64,000 nt of DNA, from assembly GCA_963729715.1 (NCBI GenBank), contig CAVSPA010000005.1:512001-576000 (forward strand), read 5' to 3'. Position 1 is the stretch's first letter, and each line of letters opens with the position of its first letter. The position numbers and the translations under genes are program-made. Positions 41,540 to 53,374 of the stretch are shown piece by piece. The DNA comes from an uncultured delta proteobacterium. GTDB taxonomy: Bacteria; Desulfobacterota; Syntrophia; Syntrophales; UBA2185. Under the pieces are notes generated by a model that saw only the letters and a list, made by a program, of their open reading frames with translations, ran no database searches and was not told the origin of the DNA.

Positions 41540-43873
41540 ATGACAAAAAAGGTGAAAATCGTTCTTGCCGGCATGGAAAAGGGTGTTCGGGTGGATTCGA
41601 GGATCCTGGAGGAACGCATCCAGAAAGCCGTCGCTGACGGATATCGGTCCATAGACATCATCGCGCATGGCCAGCATGGTATTGGCGGTCGCCTGTGGAA
41701 GGCAGGTGAAAAAGCCGTCCTTATCAAGGTATTGGGAACAGCCGGGCAAAGAATTGGCTCAATGGGATTCCCGAACACATTCATTGATGTGATCGGACCG
41801 GCGTCTGACGATGTGGGATGGCTCAACGCCGGAGCGCACATAGTCGTTCGCGGTAATGCAACCAATGGTGTGGGAAATGCCATGGCTCAGGGCAAGATTT
41901 ATGTTACCGGAGATACCGGGGCACGTGGCATGACCATGACAAAACACAATCCTCGCTTCGCTCCTCCGGAGCTGTGGGTATTAGGGAGCGTGGGCGATTC
42001 CTTTGCCGAGTTTATGGCGGGCGGCATTGCCGTTATCTGCGGGCATGAGACGCTGCGCGCTGATAATGTCATGGGCTATCGCCCGTGCGTCGGTATGGTG
42101 GGCGGAAAAATATTTTTTCGGGGACCCCATAGGGGCTACAGCTCACAGGACGCCAGGTTGACCCTGCCTGACGATGAAGAGTGGAAGTGGCTGACGTTTA
42201 ATGTGAAGGTATTTCTCGACACGATCGGCAGATCAGAGTTGTACACGCTATTGACCAGCGACCGCAGCGCGTGGCAGCTCCTCGTGGCGCTCAAGCCTCA
42301 TGAAAAGCATAGCGGCCCATCAAAAAGTATGGGGCAATTCCGCAAAGAAGTATGGGATCGGGAATTGGGCGCCGGTGGACTGATTGGTGATCTGTCCGAT
42401 CTGGACAGAAGCCCTATCGATGTTATCACAACAGGCATACTGCGCAGATTTGTTCCCGTATGGGAAAATGACAAATACCTGCCGCCCTGCCAAGCGGGAT
42501 GTCCAACTGGAATCCCTGTGCAAAAACGTTGGGCGTTGATACGCGAAGGATTGATGGAGAAGGCCGTGGATCTGGCTCTGTCATATACTCCATTTCCGGC
42601 AACTGTTTGCGGATATCTATGTCCGAATCTTTGTATGGAGCACTGCACGCGGCAAAAGGAAAAGCTTCCCGCAGTAGATATCACCCTGCTCGGCAAGGCC
42701 AGTTTAAACGCCAAGCCGCCGGAGCCTGCCCCCAAGACAGGCAAGAAGATCGCCATCATCGGTGGTGGGGCATCAGGGTTATCCGTTGCCTGGCAGCTTT
42801 GGATGAAGGGACATGAACCTGTCATTTACGAAATGCGCGCGCGCCTCGGTGGGAAGATTACAGATATGATTCCCGGGAGCAGAATCCCTGACGAGGTAGT
42901 GGAACATGAATTGAGCCGTGTAAGTAAACAGGTTACACACATCAATCTGAAGCACCCTTTGACAAAGAAGGATTTTTCGGAAGTTAAAGAACGGCACGAT
43001 TTCACGGTAATTGCGGTAGGTGCACAAAAACCGCGGATGATTCCTGTCCCGGGCAACGAAAGGGCCATCCCGGCGCTCGAGTTCCTCAGGCAAAGCAAGA
43101 CGGGCAAAGCCGTGGTGGGTGAAAAAGTGGTTGTCATCGGAGCGGGCAATGTCGGCTGTGATGCTGCAGCAGAAGCCGCGCGCCTGGGGGCCAAAGAGGT
43201 GACCCTAATCGACATCCAGGAACCGGCATCGTATGGGAAGGAAAGGAAAGCCGCCGAAGCTGCGGGGGCAAAATTCCTGTGGCCGCGCTTTACAAAAGCC
43301 ATTACGGAAAAGGCCGTAGAGCTGACGGATGGGGAGATACTGCCGGCAGACACAGTCATTGTGTCCATAGGCGATCAGCCTGATCTCTCTTTCTTGCCGG
43401 AAGATATTGCGACGCAAAGAGGATTTATCGTTGTGGACGATCACTTCCAGACCAGCGATCCCCAGGTCTTCGCGATCGGTGATGCCGTGAGACTTGGACT
43501 CTTGACGGATGCCATCGGTGCGGGACGGCTTGCTGCAACGGCCATCGACAATGTGCTGAAAGGCTGGTACGAAACATTTGATAAGCTGCCTCCCATCGAT
43601 CCGGGGCGTGTTAAGCTCGAATATTACGACCCCCGCATTCTCGCTTTTGATGATCCCGCGTATTGCGCATCACAGTGCGCCTCATGCGGCGCATGCCGCG
43701 ATTGCGGACTCTGCGAGACGATCTGTCCCGTAAATGCGATATCGCGTAATCAGGGTGAAGATGGGCAATTTGAATACAGTGTCAATGGCGACAAATGCAT
43801 CGGCTGTGGCTTCTGTGCAGGGGCTTGTCCCACAGGAATCTGGCTGCTCGTGGAAAACGAACCGCTGGAATAA
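41540..43873 (+). CDS. GltB C-terminal (GXGXG) domain fused to GltD-like FAD/NAD oxidoreductase and ferredoxin domain
   Basis: GNAMAQG, FAEFMAGG, PCQAGCP, CGYLCP..C..HC, IIGGGASG, IGAGNVGCD, FAIGD, C-terminal CxxCxxCxxxCP x2. Confidence 0.9.
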   Translation: MTKKVKIVLAGMEKGVRVDSRILEERIQKAVADGYRSIDIIAHGQHGIGGRLWKAGEKAVLIKVLGTAGQRIGSMGFPNTFIDVIGPASDDVGWLNAGAHIVVRGNATNGVGNAMAQGKIYVTGDTGARGMTMTKHNPRFAPPELWVLGSVGDSFAEFMAGGIAVICGHETLRADNVMGYRPCVGMVGGKIFFRGPHRGYSSQDARLTLPDDEEWKWLTFNVKVFLDTIGRSELYTLLTSDRSAWQLLVALKPHEKHSGPSKSMGQFRKEVWDRELGAGGLIGDLSDLDRSPIDVITTGILRRFVPVWENDKYLPPCQAGCPTGIPVQKRWALIREGLMEKAVDLALSYTPFPATVCGYLCPNLCMEHCTRQKEKLPAVDITLLGKASLNAKPPEPAPKTGKKIAIIGGGASGLSVAWQLWMKGHEPVIYEMRARLGGKITDMIPGSRIPDEVVEHELSRVSKQVTHINLKHPLTKKDFSEVKERHDFTVIAVGAQKPRMIPVPGNERAIPALEFLRQSKTGKAVVGEKVVVIGAGNVGCDAAAEAARLGAKEVTLIDIQEPASYGKERKAAEAAGAKFLWPRFTKAITEKAVELTDGEILPADTVIVSIGDQPDLSFLPEDIATQRGFIVVDDHFQTSDPQVFAIGDAVRLGLLTDAIGAGRLAATAIDNVLKGWYETFDKLPPIDPGRVKLEYYDPRILAFDDPAYCASQCASCGACRDCGLCETICPVNAISRNQGEDGQFEYSVNGDKCIGCGFCAGACPTGIWLLVENEPLE

Positions 43874-43951
43874 CTGGAAAAAAGAAAGACAGAAACGCTT
43901 TTTTGAGTGTGGTTATTTCAAATCAAAAAATTCTGAAGAAAGGGGTGTGTT

Positions 43952-45283
43952 ATGTTTTCATGTAAGACGAAGAAAGATGTTCTGAAAGCGGTTAAGGACC
44001 ACAATGTAAGTTTCATCCAGTTCTGGTTTACCGATGTGCTCGGGATGCAGAAGATTTTCAGCATCACACCTTCCGAACTCGAAGAAGGCTTGGAAGAAGG
44101 GATGGGTTTTGACGGGTCTTCGATTCAGGGATTCGCAAGGATCGAGGAAAGCGACATGATCGCGATGGCAGATCCGACTACATTTCAGTTGATACCCTGG
44201 CGTCCTTCCGATAGGCCCGTGGCGAGGCTAATCTGCGACATCCTGAACCCCGACGGCACGCCTTATGAGGGCGATCCCCGTTACGTTCTCAAGCGAGCCC
44301 TCAAGAAAATTGCCGATCAGGGCTACACCATGTATGTCGGTCCGGAGTTAGAATATTTCTATTTCGCCAATGACAAGACAACGGACATCCTCGATCAGGG
44401 CGGCTACTTCGACGGTCTTCCCGTAGACAGGGCCACAGACCTCCGGCGTCAGACCATTTTTGCCTTGCAGGATCTGGGGATCAGGGTTGAATACTCCCAT
44501 CATGAAGTTGCGCCGAGCCAGCATGAGATTGACCTCCGCTATGACGATGCCCTGGTAATGGCCGATAAGGTCATGACTTATCGAACAGCGGTAAAAGAGA
44601 TTGCCCGACAGAATGGTGTCTATGCCACCTTTATGCCCAAGCCCATCTTCGGCCAGAACGGCAGCGGCATGCACACGCACCAGTCCCTATTCAAGGGCAG
44701 CAAGAATACCTTCTTTGACGGGAAAGACAAGTATAATTTGTCTGCGCTGGCCAAGAGCTATATAGCCGGTCTCATGACGCACGCACCGGAGATCACCGCT
44801 ATCTGCAACCAGTGGGTAAATTCCTACAAGCGCCTGGTGCCGGGTTATGAGGCACCAGTCTATGTCTCCTGGGCACGGCGCAATCGTTCCGCCATGATTC
44901 GCGTTCCCATGTATAAACCTGGGAAGGAAAAGGCAACGCGCATCGAATACCGGTCACCCGATCCGGCGTGCAACCCCTATCTCGCATTCGCAGTGATGTT
45001 AGCGGCAGGCATGAAAGGTGTTGCGAAAAAATACGTCCTCCCTGAACCTGTTGAAGAAGATATCTTTGAAATGGATGAGAAGGCCAGGGAAAAGGCGGGA
45101 ATAACTTCTCTGCCCGGAAGTCTGTATGAAGCGCTTACACTGGTATCAAAGAGCAAACTCGTTCAGGAAACGCTCGGCGACCATATCTTCCAGAAGTTCA
45201 TGGAGAACAAGAAGCTGGAATGGGATCGTTTCCGGATACATGTAAGTCAATACGAATTAGACAGATATCTGCCCATGATTTAA
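43952..45283 (+). CDS. glnA: Glutamine synthetase type I
   Basis: GFDGSSI, GPELEY, HHEVAPSQHEI, TFMPKP, NGSGMH, NSYKRLVPGYEAP, RIEYRSPD. Confidence 0.97.
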   Translation: MFSCKTKKDVLKAVKDHNVSFIQFWFTDVLGMQKIFSITPSELEEGLEEGMGFDGSSIQGFARIEESDMIAMADPTTFQLIPWRPSDRPVARLICDILNPDGTPYEGDPRYVLKRALKKIADQGYTMYVGPELEYFYFANDKTTDILDQGGYFDGLPVDRATDLRRQTIFALQDLGIRVEYSHHEVAPSQHEIDLRYDDALVMADKVMTYRTAVKEIARQNGVYATFMPKPIFGQNGSGMHTHQSLFKGSKNTFFDGKDKYNLSALAKSYIAGLMTHAPEITAICNQWVNSYKRLVPGYEAPVYVSWARRNRSAMIRVPMYKPGKEKATRIEYRSPDPACNPYLAFAVMLAAGMKGVAKKYVLPEPVEEDIFEMDEKAREKAGITSLPGSLYEALTLVSKSKLVQETLGDHIFQKFMENKKLEWDRFRIHVSQYELDRYLPMI

Positions 45284-45551
45284 AGATCGGACGCCACAAA
45301 AAGTTCCTGTCTTCGATACACGTGTGCACAAGGGTTTTTATGATTCAATATCCATTTTGGAGTCTTGCCATTATTTGAAGAATCGTGTAAGAACCTTACA
45401 TTCTATAGTCATTACTGATGAACAAGAGAGCTGTTATTTACAACTCGAAAACCCTTGTGCACATGATTCAAATTTCTCATATTGGCATTTCCCATTATCA
45501 GAAATTCATGAACATTAAGACGTCGAGGATTTTTATTTCCTGAGGTCAATT

Positions 45552-46724
45552 ATGTCGTTGTTGCCAAAGAAAGCACCGGCCATACTGGTTCTTGAGGACG
45601 GTAGTGTGTACCATGGATATGCCTTCGCCTCTTTCGGCGAGACCCTCGGAGAAGTTGTCTTCAATACGGGGATGACCGGATATCAAGAGATAATTACGGA
45701 TCCGTCCTACAAAGGACAGATTGTAACCATGACATATCCCCTCATTGGCAATTACGGTATAAACCCGGAAGATATGGAATCCGCTGCTATCCACCTGGAA
45801 GGATTTATTGTCAGGGAGTATCAGCCGCATCCGAGCAACTGGCGTAGCCGCATGACGCTGAAGGACTTTCTTGAATCACACGGCAAGCTGGGCGTCGAGG
45901 GCATTGACACCAGGGCGCTGACGCGCCGCATTCGCCTCGAAGGCGCCATGCGTGGGATTATGTCGACAGAGACAGCGGATATCGATCTCCTTCTCTCGCG
46001 GGTACGGGCCTATCCGGGCCTCGTAGGCAGGGATCTGATAAAAGAGGTTACCTGCAAGCAACCGTATCGATGGAAGGACGGCAAACCCCAATCGCTTTCA
46101 TCTTCCGGCTCAGCGGAGCCCTGCGGAAGCGAACGGCAGTTGCGGGTTGTCGTTGTTGACTGCGGTGTCAAATACAACATTCTCCGCAATCTCGAGAATT
46201 TGGGATGTGAAGTATTGGTGCTGCCAGCAACGGCAACAGGGAAAGAGATGTTATCCTACGGCCCGGACGGTATCCTACTCTCCAACGGCCCTGGAGACCC
46301 GGCGGCACTGCCCTACATAGTAAAAGCAACTGAACAGATTCTGGGCAAGGTCCCCATCTTCGGTATCTGCCTCGGCCATCAGATATTAGGACAGGCATTG
46401 GGCGGGAGGACGGAAAAGCTGAAATTCGGCCATCATGGGGTAAACCAGCCGGTGAAGAATATGCAAAGCGGTCGGATTGAAATTACATCGCAGAACCATG
46501 GCTTCGTCGTAGTGCCGCAATCCTTGCCTGATAATATTGAAAAAACGTATGACAACCTCAATGACCGTACCTCAGAAGGCATGTCCTCCGAGTCTGAGCT
46601 GGCGTTCAGCGTGCAATACCATCCGGAAGCAGCACCGGGGCCCCATGATGTCAATTATCTCTTTAAGACATTTGTATCTTTTATGGAGACGAAAAGGAAA
46701 AGGTCTGATGATTCTGATCATTGA
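45552..46724 (+). CDS. carA: Carbamoyl-phosphate synthase small subunit
   Basis: [53 protein letters not shown]. Confidence 0.97.
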   Translation: MSLLPKKAPAILVLEDGSVYHGYAFASFGETLGEVVFNTGMTGYQEIITDPSYKGQIVTMTYPLIGNYGINPEDMESAAIHLEGFIVREYQPHPSNWRSRMTLKDFLESHGKLGVEGIDTRALTRRIRLEGAMRGIMSTETADIDLLLSRVRAYPGLVGRDLIKEVTCKQPYRWKDGKPQSLSSSGSAEPCGSERQLRVVVVDCGVKYNILRNLENLGCEVLVLPATATGKEMLSYGPDGILLSNGPGDPAALPYIVKATEQILGKVPIFGICLGHQILGQALGGRTEKLKFGHHGVNQPVKNMQSGRIEITSQNHGFVVVPQSLPDNIEKTYDNLNDRTSEGMSSESELAFSVQYHPEAAPGPHDVNYLFKTFVSFMETKRKRSDDSDH

Positions 46725-48237
46725 TTTCGGCTCTCAATACAACCAGCTGATTGCCAGGCGTGTCCGGGAACACCATGTCTACTGCCAGATTGAGCCCCCG
46801 GATATTGACAGCCCAAGAATCCAGGCCCTGCAACCGGAGGGCATCATCCTGTCCGGAGGCCCCGCGAGCATTTACGAGAAGGGAAGTCCGAGGGCAGATA
46901 AAAAAATCTTTGACCTCGGTATTCCCGTGTTAGGCATATGTTATGGAATGCAATTCATGGTCGATGCCCTCGGTGGAAAAGTAATCGGTGCCGAGAAACG
47001 GGAATACGGGTTTGCCGAACTCAATATCAAAATTTCCTCAGGGATTTTCCCCGGCATAAACAGGGAGACGCGATGCTGGATGAGCCATGGAGACACCATC
47101 GGCGTTTTGCCAAGAGGGTTCAAGACGACTGCATCAACCCCCAATACAAAGATAGCCGCTGCTGAAAATGCATCCAGGAGATTATACGGGTTACAGTTTC
47201 ATCCGGAGGTTGTTCATACACCAGAAGGGAAAAAGATGATCGAGAACTTTCTCTTCGGAATCTGCAACTGCAAGAAAAGCTGGACCATGAAATCCTTTGC
47301 ACGGGATGCTGTGGCAGAGATCCGCTCCCAGGTCGGCGGCAGCAAGGTGATACTGGGTTTGAGCGGCGGCGTGGATTCGTCCGTGGCGGCCGTCCTCCTC
47401 CATCAGGCCATCGGCCGTCAGCTGCACTGCGTTTTTGTTGATAACGGCGTGCTTCGGGAAGGTGAAGCGCAGAAGGTTCAGGATGTTTTCCGAAAGCATT
47501 TCCAGATCAACCTGCGATTTGTCCGGGCAAAGAACCTTTTTCTCCGCAGACTGAAAGGTATAGAGGACCCTGAAAAGAAAAGAAAAATTATTGGTCGCAC
47601 CTTCATCGAGGTCTTCGAAAAGGAAGCCGGACGGATCAAAAACGTAAAGTTCTTAGCCCAAGGGACCCTCTATCCCGATGTCATCGAATCCCGCTCCGCC
47701 TTTGGCGGCCCTAGCGCTGTAATAAAATCACACCACAATGTGGGCGGTCTTCCTAAGAAGATGCGTCTGTCCCTGGTGGAGCCCCTCAAACACCTCTTCA
47801 AGGACGAAGTCCGGCTGCTGGGCAAGGAACTCGGTATGTCCGATGAGCAGGTCTGGCGACAGCCCTTCCCCGGCCCGGGCCTGGCCATCCGCATCATCGG
47901 CGAGGTCACGGAAAAACGCCTCGCTATCCTGCGCAAGGCAGACGTAATTCTCATGGATGAGATCCGGGCGGCGAATCTCTACCGTAAGCTATGGCAGTCT
48001 TTTGCCGTTCTTCTACCTATCAAGAGCGTGGGGATTATGGGGGATCAGCGAACCTACGAGAACATCCTTTCCATTCGTGCGGTAACCAGTGAAGATGCCA
48101 TGACGGCCGACTGGGCGAAGCTCCCCCATGCCCTCTTGGGAAAGATTTCCAACCGCATCATCAATGAAGTCAGGGGCGTGAATCGCGTGGTCTATGACAT
48201 CAGCTCGAAGCCGCCAAGCACGATTGAGTGGGAGTAG
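46708..48237 (+). CDS. guaA: GMP synthase (glutamine-hydrolysing)
   Basis: [57 protein letters not shown]. Start at ATG 46708 overlaps the carA end. Confidence 0.97.
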   Translation: MILIIDFGSQYNQLIARRVREHHVYCQIEPPDIDSPRIQALQPEGIILSGGPASIYEKGSPRADKKIFDLGIPVLGICYGMQFMVDALGGKVIGAEKREYGFAELNIKISSGIFPGINRETRCWMSHGDTIGVLPRGFKTTASTPNTKIAAAENASRRLYGLQFHPEVVHTPEGKKMIENFLFGICNCKKSWTMKSFARDAVAEIRSQVGGSKVILGLSGGVDSSVAAVLLHQAIGRQLHCVFVDNGVLREGEAQKVQDVFRKHFQINLRFVRAKNLFLRRLKGIEDPEKKRKIIGRTFIEVFEKEAGRIKNVKFLAQGTLYPDVIESRSAFGGPSAVIKSHHNVGGLPKKMRLSLVEPLKHLFKDEVRLLGKELGMSDEQVWRQPFPGPGLAIRIIGEVTEKRLAILRKADVILMDEIRAANLYRKLWQSFAVLLPIKSVGIMGDQRTYENILSIRAVTSEDAMTADWAKLPHALLGKISNRIINEVRGVNRVVYDISSKPPSTIEWE

Positions 48238-48291
48238 GGGAGATACAGACTCGCCTTCGCAGCGTAGTTCAAGAAATTAATTGGAAAAAAT

Positions 48292-51200
48292 ATGCCTAAA
48301 AGAAATGACTTGAAAAAAATTCTTATCATCGGTTCCGGGCCGATCATCATCAGCCAGGCGTGCGAATTCGACTACTCCGGAACGCAGGCATGCAAGGCAT
48401 TGAAGGAAGAAGGGTATCAGGTCATTCTGATCAATAGCAATCCCGCGACAATAATGACTGATCCTGAAATGGCGGACAGGACTTACGTGGAGCCGATTAC
48501 GCCGGAGGCTGTAGCGAAAATCATCGCCAAGGAACGGCCCGATGCACTCCTCCCTACCATTGGGGGGCAGACGGGACTGAACACTGCTGTAGTCGTTGCG
48601 GAAAGCGGTGTGCTTGAACGCTACGGTGTGGAAATGATCGGTGCATCTCTCGAAGTGATCCAGAAGGCGGAGGATAGAGAGAAATTCCGCGACGCGATGG
48701 AGCGAATAGGACTCCGTGTACCAAAGAGCGGGTTCGCAAGAACGATGGATGAGGTATTTGCCGTAGCGGCAATCATCGGATTCCCTCTCATCATTCGCCC
48801 CTCTTTTACCTTGGGGGGTACGGGCAGCGGTGTCGTCTACAACAGGGAGGAACTGGCGGAACTCGCCAAGGTCGGACTGGACGCCAGTATGATTCATGAA
48901 ATCATGTTGGAAGAATCCGTTCTCGGTTGGAAAGAATTCGAACTGGAGGTGATGCGGGACAGGGCGGATAATGTCGTGATCATCTGTTCCATAGAAAATT
49001 TTGATCCCATGGGAATTCACACCGGGGAATCTATTACAGTCGCGCCCGCCCAGACCCTGACCGATGTGGAATATCAGCGGATGCGGGATGCGGCCATTGC
49101 CATAATGCGGGAAATAGGCGTGGAGACCGGTGGATCGAACGTGCAGTTCGCGATAAATCCCGGAAACGGCGAAATGGTTGTCATCGAGATGAACCCGCGT
49201 GTGTCACGGTCCTCTGCCCTCGCATCCAAGGCAACGGGTTTCCCCATTGCCAAGATCGCAGCGAAGCTTGCCGTCGGTTATACCCTCGACGAGATTCCCA
49301 ATGACATCACCAAGGAAACGATGGCTTCCTTCGAGCCGACCATTGACTACTGTGTTGTGAAAATTCCCCGCTGGACTTTTGAAAAATTTCCCGAGACGGA
49401 AGATGTATTGACGACGTCTATGAAATCCGTGGGAGAGACCATGTCCATCGGCCGTACATTTAAGGAGGCCCTCCAGAAGGCGATTCGCTCGCTCGAAATA
49501 GGCCGATACAGCATGAAAATTTCCTTGCCCGCCGATATGGGCAATGCAGAGGAATTCCTGTCTTCTAAATTAAGGACGCCAAACTCCCTGCGGCTTTTCT
49601 ACATCGCTGCCGCCCTTCATCAAGGGATGACCATAGAAGAAATTGCCCGTCTGACATGGATCGATCCCTGGTTCCTGCACCAGATAGAGGCCATCGTTGA
49701 AGCGGAAAAGATTCTTGAGACAACGGCGCCTTCAGTCGCGGTATTGCGGGAAGCCAAACGAATGGGTTTTTCCGACAGATATCTCGGCGAACTCTGGGGA
49801 AAACCGGAAGCGAAAATCCGCGAAGAGCGGTTTCGTGAAAATATCCTGCCTGTCTTCAAACTCGTCGATACCTGCGCGGCTGAATTTGAGGCCTATACCC
49901 CTTACTATTACTCCACCTACGAGATCGAAGACGAATCACGGTCATCATCGAAACCCAAGGTCGTCATCCTGGGTGGAGGCCCGAACCGCATCGGGCAGGG
50001 TATTGAATTCGATTACTGCTGCGTCCATGCATCCTTTGCCCTGCGCGAAGAAGGTTATGAGAGTATCATGGTGAATTCCAACCCGGAAACAGTGAGTACC
50101 GATTACGACACATCGGACAAACTGTTCTTCGAGCCGGTGACGCTCGAAGATGTGCTTCATATACTCAAGACGGAAGATCCTCTCGGAGTAATAGTCCAGT
50201 TTGGAGGACAGACTCCTCTCAATCTTGCCAAGGGACTGGAGGCTGCAGGGGCGCGGATCCTGGGCACATCTCCCGACGCGATAGACCGCGCAGAAGACAG
50301 GAAGCGTTTCCAGGACATTGTTAATCGCCTGGACCTCAGGCAACCAGACAACGATACTGCAACGGACATCAAGGGCGCGCTGAAGGCAGCCCGGAGGATC
50401 GGATTCCCCGTTCTGGTCAGACCTTCCTATGTCCTGGGGGGACGATCCATGGAGATTGTATACGATGAGGAAACTTTGAGCCAGTTCATGGAAAGGGCCA
50501 TTGCTGCTTCCCCGGATCACCCCATACTGATTGACAAATTCCTCCAGGATGCGATTGAAGTAGATGTGGATGCAATAAGCGACGGCACGGATACCGTTAT
50601 CGGCGGCATCATGGAACATATTGAAGAAGCCGGCATCCATTCGGGAGACAGCGCCTGCGTGCTTCCGCCCATCACGTTCTCTCAGGAACTTCTGGAGTCA
50701 ATTGAAAAGCAGACAAAACTTATCGCCCGGGAACTGGGGGTGGTAGGCCTCATGAACATTCAGTATGCCGTAAAAGACGGCGTCCTTTACGTTCTGGAGG
50801 TCAATCCGCGGGCATCCCGGACTGTTCCATTTGTCAGCAAGGCTATCGGCGTGCCTCTCGCCAAGCTGGCGACGAAGATTATGCTGGGGCGATCATTAAA
50901 AGATTTGGGATTTTCGAAAACCATATGGCCGGAGCATATCTCTGTAAAAGAGGCCGTATTCCCTTTCAACAGGTTTCCGAATGTGGATGTCCTCCTTGGT
51001 CCGGAAATGAAGTCTACCGGTGAAGTGATGGGGATTGACCATTCTTTTGGCATGGCCTTTGCCAAATCACAGATGGCCGCAGGGTTTCACTTGCCCCTCG
51101 AAGGAGGAGTATTTATCAGTGTAAATGACGTTCACAAGGATAAAATCGTGTCCGTCGCCCGTTCATTTCAAAATATGGGATTCCATATAATGGCCACTCG

Positions 51201-51531
51201 CGGCACTGCGGCCCATCTCGAAAGACACGGCATAAAGACAGAAACCATTTTCAAGGTCAGCGAAGGCCGTCCTCATATTGTGGATCGCATCAAGAATGGC
51301 GATATTCAGGTGGTCATCAATACAAGCGTGGGGCGAAGGTCAAGCCTTGACGCCTATCACATACGCCGCGGTGCGCTCACTTATAATGTTCTCTACACAA
51401 CGACGATTGCCGGGTCCAAGGCTTTGAGCGAGGCTGTTATGGCATTGAAGAAAGAAAACTGGGAGGTTTCTCCTCTTCAAGATTATCACAGTAATGCGAT
51501 GCTGTCGCGAAAGAGAAAAGTGGAAAATTAA
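48292..51531 (+). CDS. carB: Carbamoyl-phosphate synthase large subunit
   Basis: [56 protein letters not shown]. Confidence 0.98.
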   Translation: MPKRNDLKKILIIGSGPIIISQACEFDYSGTQACKALKEEGYQVILINSNPATIMTDPEMADRTYVEPITPEAVAKIIAKERPDALLPTIGGQTGLNTAVVVAESGVLERYGVEMIGASLEVIQKAEDREKFRDAMERIGLRVPKSGFARTMDEVFAVAAIIGFPLIIRPSFTLGGTGSGVVYNREELAELAKVGLDASMIHEIMLEESVLGWKEFELEVMRDRADNVVIICSIENFDPMGIHTGESITVAPAQTLTDVEYQRMRDAAIAIMREIGVETGGSNVQFAINPGNGEMVVIEMNPRVSRSSALASKATGFPIAKIAAKLAVGYTLDEIPNDITKETMASFEPTIDYCVVKIPRWTFEKFPETEDVLTTSMKSVGETMSIGRTFKEALQKAIRSLEIGRYSMKISLPADMGNAEEFLSSKLRTPNSLRLFYIAAALHQGMTIEEIARLTWIDPWFLHQIEAIVEAEKILETTAPSVAVLREAKRMGFSDRYLGELWGKPEAKIREERFRENILPVFKLVDTCAAEFEAYTPYYYSTYEIEDESRSSSKPKVVILGGGPNRIGQGIEFDYCCVHASFALREEGYESIMVNSNPETVSTDYDTSDKLFFEPVTLEDVLHILKTEDPLGVIVQFGGQTPLNLAKGLEAAGARILGTSPDAIDRAEDRKRFQDIVNRLDLRQPDNDTATDIKGALKAARRIGFPVLVRPSYVLGGRSMEIVYDEETLSQFMERAIAASPDHPILIDKFLQDAIEVDVDAISDGTDTVIGGIMEHIEEAGIHSGDSACVLPPITFSQELLESIEKQTKLIARELGVVGLMNIQYAVKDGVLYVLEVNPRASRTVPFVSKAIGVPLAKLATKIMLGRSLKDLGFSKTIWPEHISVKEAVFPFNRFPNVDVLLGPEMKSTGEVMGIDHSFGMAFAKSQMAAGFHLPLEGGVFISVNDVHKDKIVSVARSFQNMGFHIMATRGTAAHLERHGIKTETIFKVSEGRPHIVDRIKNGDIQVVINTSVGRRSSLDAYHIRRGALTYNVLYTTTIAGSKALSEAVMALKKENWEVSPLQDYHSNAMLSRKRKVEN

Positions 51532-51698
51532 GTGGCGGCTATAGAATTTTTTAAAGAGTTCTTGTAGACAGGTGCACAGGTACCCGCATGCAGATGCGTA
51601 TGACCACTTATTGCATAGCTTGCAAAAAGAGAATAATGGTGTTAGATAGTCCCTTCAAATTTTTACGAAGTATCACGGGTAAGTCGGGGTCACTTTAG

Positions 51699-53111
51699 AT
51701 GTCTCAATATCTTATACCGGAAAGCAAACCGAAGGAAGAATGCGGCGTCTTTGCCGTCTACGGAAATGAAGAGGCGGCGCGCGTTACATTCTTCGGGCTC
51801 TTTGCCCTCCAGCATCGGGGGCAGGAGAGTGCGGGCATCAATACAGCGGATGGCTGTCACGTCTATGGGCACAAGGGCATGGGACTGGCGTCTGAGGTGT
51901 TTCACGAGGATATCTTCTCTAAGTTGCCGGGTTATTTAGCCATTGGGCACGTCCGTTATTCGACAACGGGCTCTTCCATTATATCCAATGCCCAGCCATT
52001 CCTTGTTCATCACGCGGGCGAGCATTATGCCCTCGGCCACAATGGCAACCTTATCAATGCCCACGCATTAAGGGCCGAACTTGAAGAGAAGGGCTCTATC
52101 TTTCAGTCCACAATGGATAGTGAAGTAATCTTCCACCTGATGGCCCATTATTTGAAAGACGGATTCGAAGATGCCCTTACGAGAGCCCTCGCACATGTTG
52201 AGGGTTCCTACAGCATCGTTATGCTGACGAAAGACAAGGTAGTTGCTGCGCGTGACCCTCGTGGTTTTCGCCCTCTTTCTCTGGGACAGCTCAATGGCGG
52301 GTGGGTGGTCGCTTCCGAGACCTGCGCCTTTGACCTGTTGAGCGCCGTATATGTACGTGATGTAGAACCCGGCGAGATACTGATTATCGATCACACGGGA
52401 CTAAAGAGCCTGAAACCATTTCCAAAGGTGAGGCCTGCGCATTGCATCTTCGAACTCATCTATTTCGCACGGCCCGACAGCCAGATATTCGGCCAAAATG
52501 TGTACACGTGCCGGAAGCGACTCGGACATAGCTTGGCAAAGGAGTACAGGCCGGAAGTGGATATTGTGATGCCGTTTCCCGATTCCGGCACCTATGCCGC
52601 TCTGGGCTATGCGGAAGAGAGCCGCATCCCCTTTGAGATGGGCATGATCCGCAACCATTATGTAGGACGCACCTTCATACAGCCGAGTCAGCCGATGAGA
52701 GACTTTGGTGTGCGTGTGAAGCTGAACCCTGTACGCCCCTTGCTTGCCGGTAAACGGGTCCTGATTGTCGAGGATTCCATAATCAGGGGAACGACCAGCC
52801 GCAACCGCGTCCGCAACCTGCGCGAGAGCGGTGTGAAGGAAATCTATATGGCCGTCAGTTGTCCGCCGACGAGATATCCGTGTCCATACGGGATTGATTT
52901 TTCTTCCAAGGGTGAACTAATTGCCGCGCAGAAGGAATACGTTCAGGCTGTTGCCGAGTTCATAGGATTGGATGGCCTGCACTATCTATCTTTAGAAGGC
53001 ATGGTAGAAGCGACCGGCATGGATACCGACAGCTTCTGTCTTGCGTGCTACACAGGCAAATACCCCCTCCCTCCTCCCACGGGTTTTGGAAAGTTCTGCT
53101 TGGAGAATTGA
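51699..53111 (+). CDS. purF: Amidophosphoribosyltransferase (propeptide, Fe-S type)
   Basis: EECGVF, LQHRGQES, GHVRYST, CIFELIYFARPDS, DSIIRGTT, CPYGID, CLAC. Confidence 0.97.
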   Translation: MSQYLIPESKPKEECGVFAVYGNEEAARVTFFGLFALQHRGQESAGINTADGCHVYGHKGMGLASEVFHEDIFSKLPGYLAIGHVRYSTTGSSIISNAQPFLVHHAGEHYALGHNGNLINAHALRAELEEKGSIFQSTMDSEVIFHLMAHYLKDGFEDALTRALAHVEGSYSIVMLTKDKVVAARDPRGFRPLSLGQLNGGWVVASETCAFDLLSAVYVRDVEPGEILIIDHTGLKSLKPFPKVRPAHCIFELIYFARPDSQIFGQNVYTCRKRLGHSLAKEYRPEVDIVMPFPDSGTYAALGYAEESRIPFEMGMIRNHYVGRTFIQPSQPMRDFGVRVKLNPVRPLLAGKRVLIVEDSIIRGTTSRNRVRNLRESGVKEIYMAVSCPPTRYPCPYGIDFSSKGELIAAQKEYVQAVAEFIGLDGLHYLSLEGMVEATGMDTDSFCLACYTGKYPLPPPTGFGKFCLEN

Positions 53112-53374
53112 GAAGGCAACCACACCGAAACTGCCATTTTCCCATTTCATGTAGCTATCACTAGGCAAATATCCAGTACATGATCTAATTCGGTTGTCTC
53201 ACCAGAAATCCTCACATCACCGAGAATTGCGCTCATCCGACGTCAGGAGAGACGGCGGCAAGGAATAGTAGGATGAGCCTACAATTTTACGTATAGTCAA
53301 CCATTATTGTTGTATACGTCGCTATTCTGCATTATTAATTTGCTTATGCTGTTGTTCTTAAGCAAGCACACGAT

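Noticed and set aside
46537..46707. N-terminal extension of guaA in the ORF track
   Set aside because: It overlaps the conserved carA C-terminus; GuaA similarity starts at [11 protein letters not shown] (46708)
53231..53278. GCTCATCC...GGATGAGC stem enclosing GGAGAGAC...AAGGA, reminiscent of a glycine aptamer, upstream of pfk
   Set aside because: Lacks the GCCGAAG and CTCTCAGG elements and is too short; the gene context does not fit
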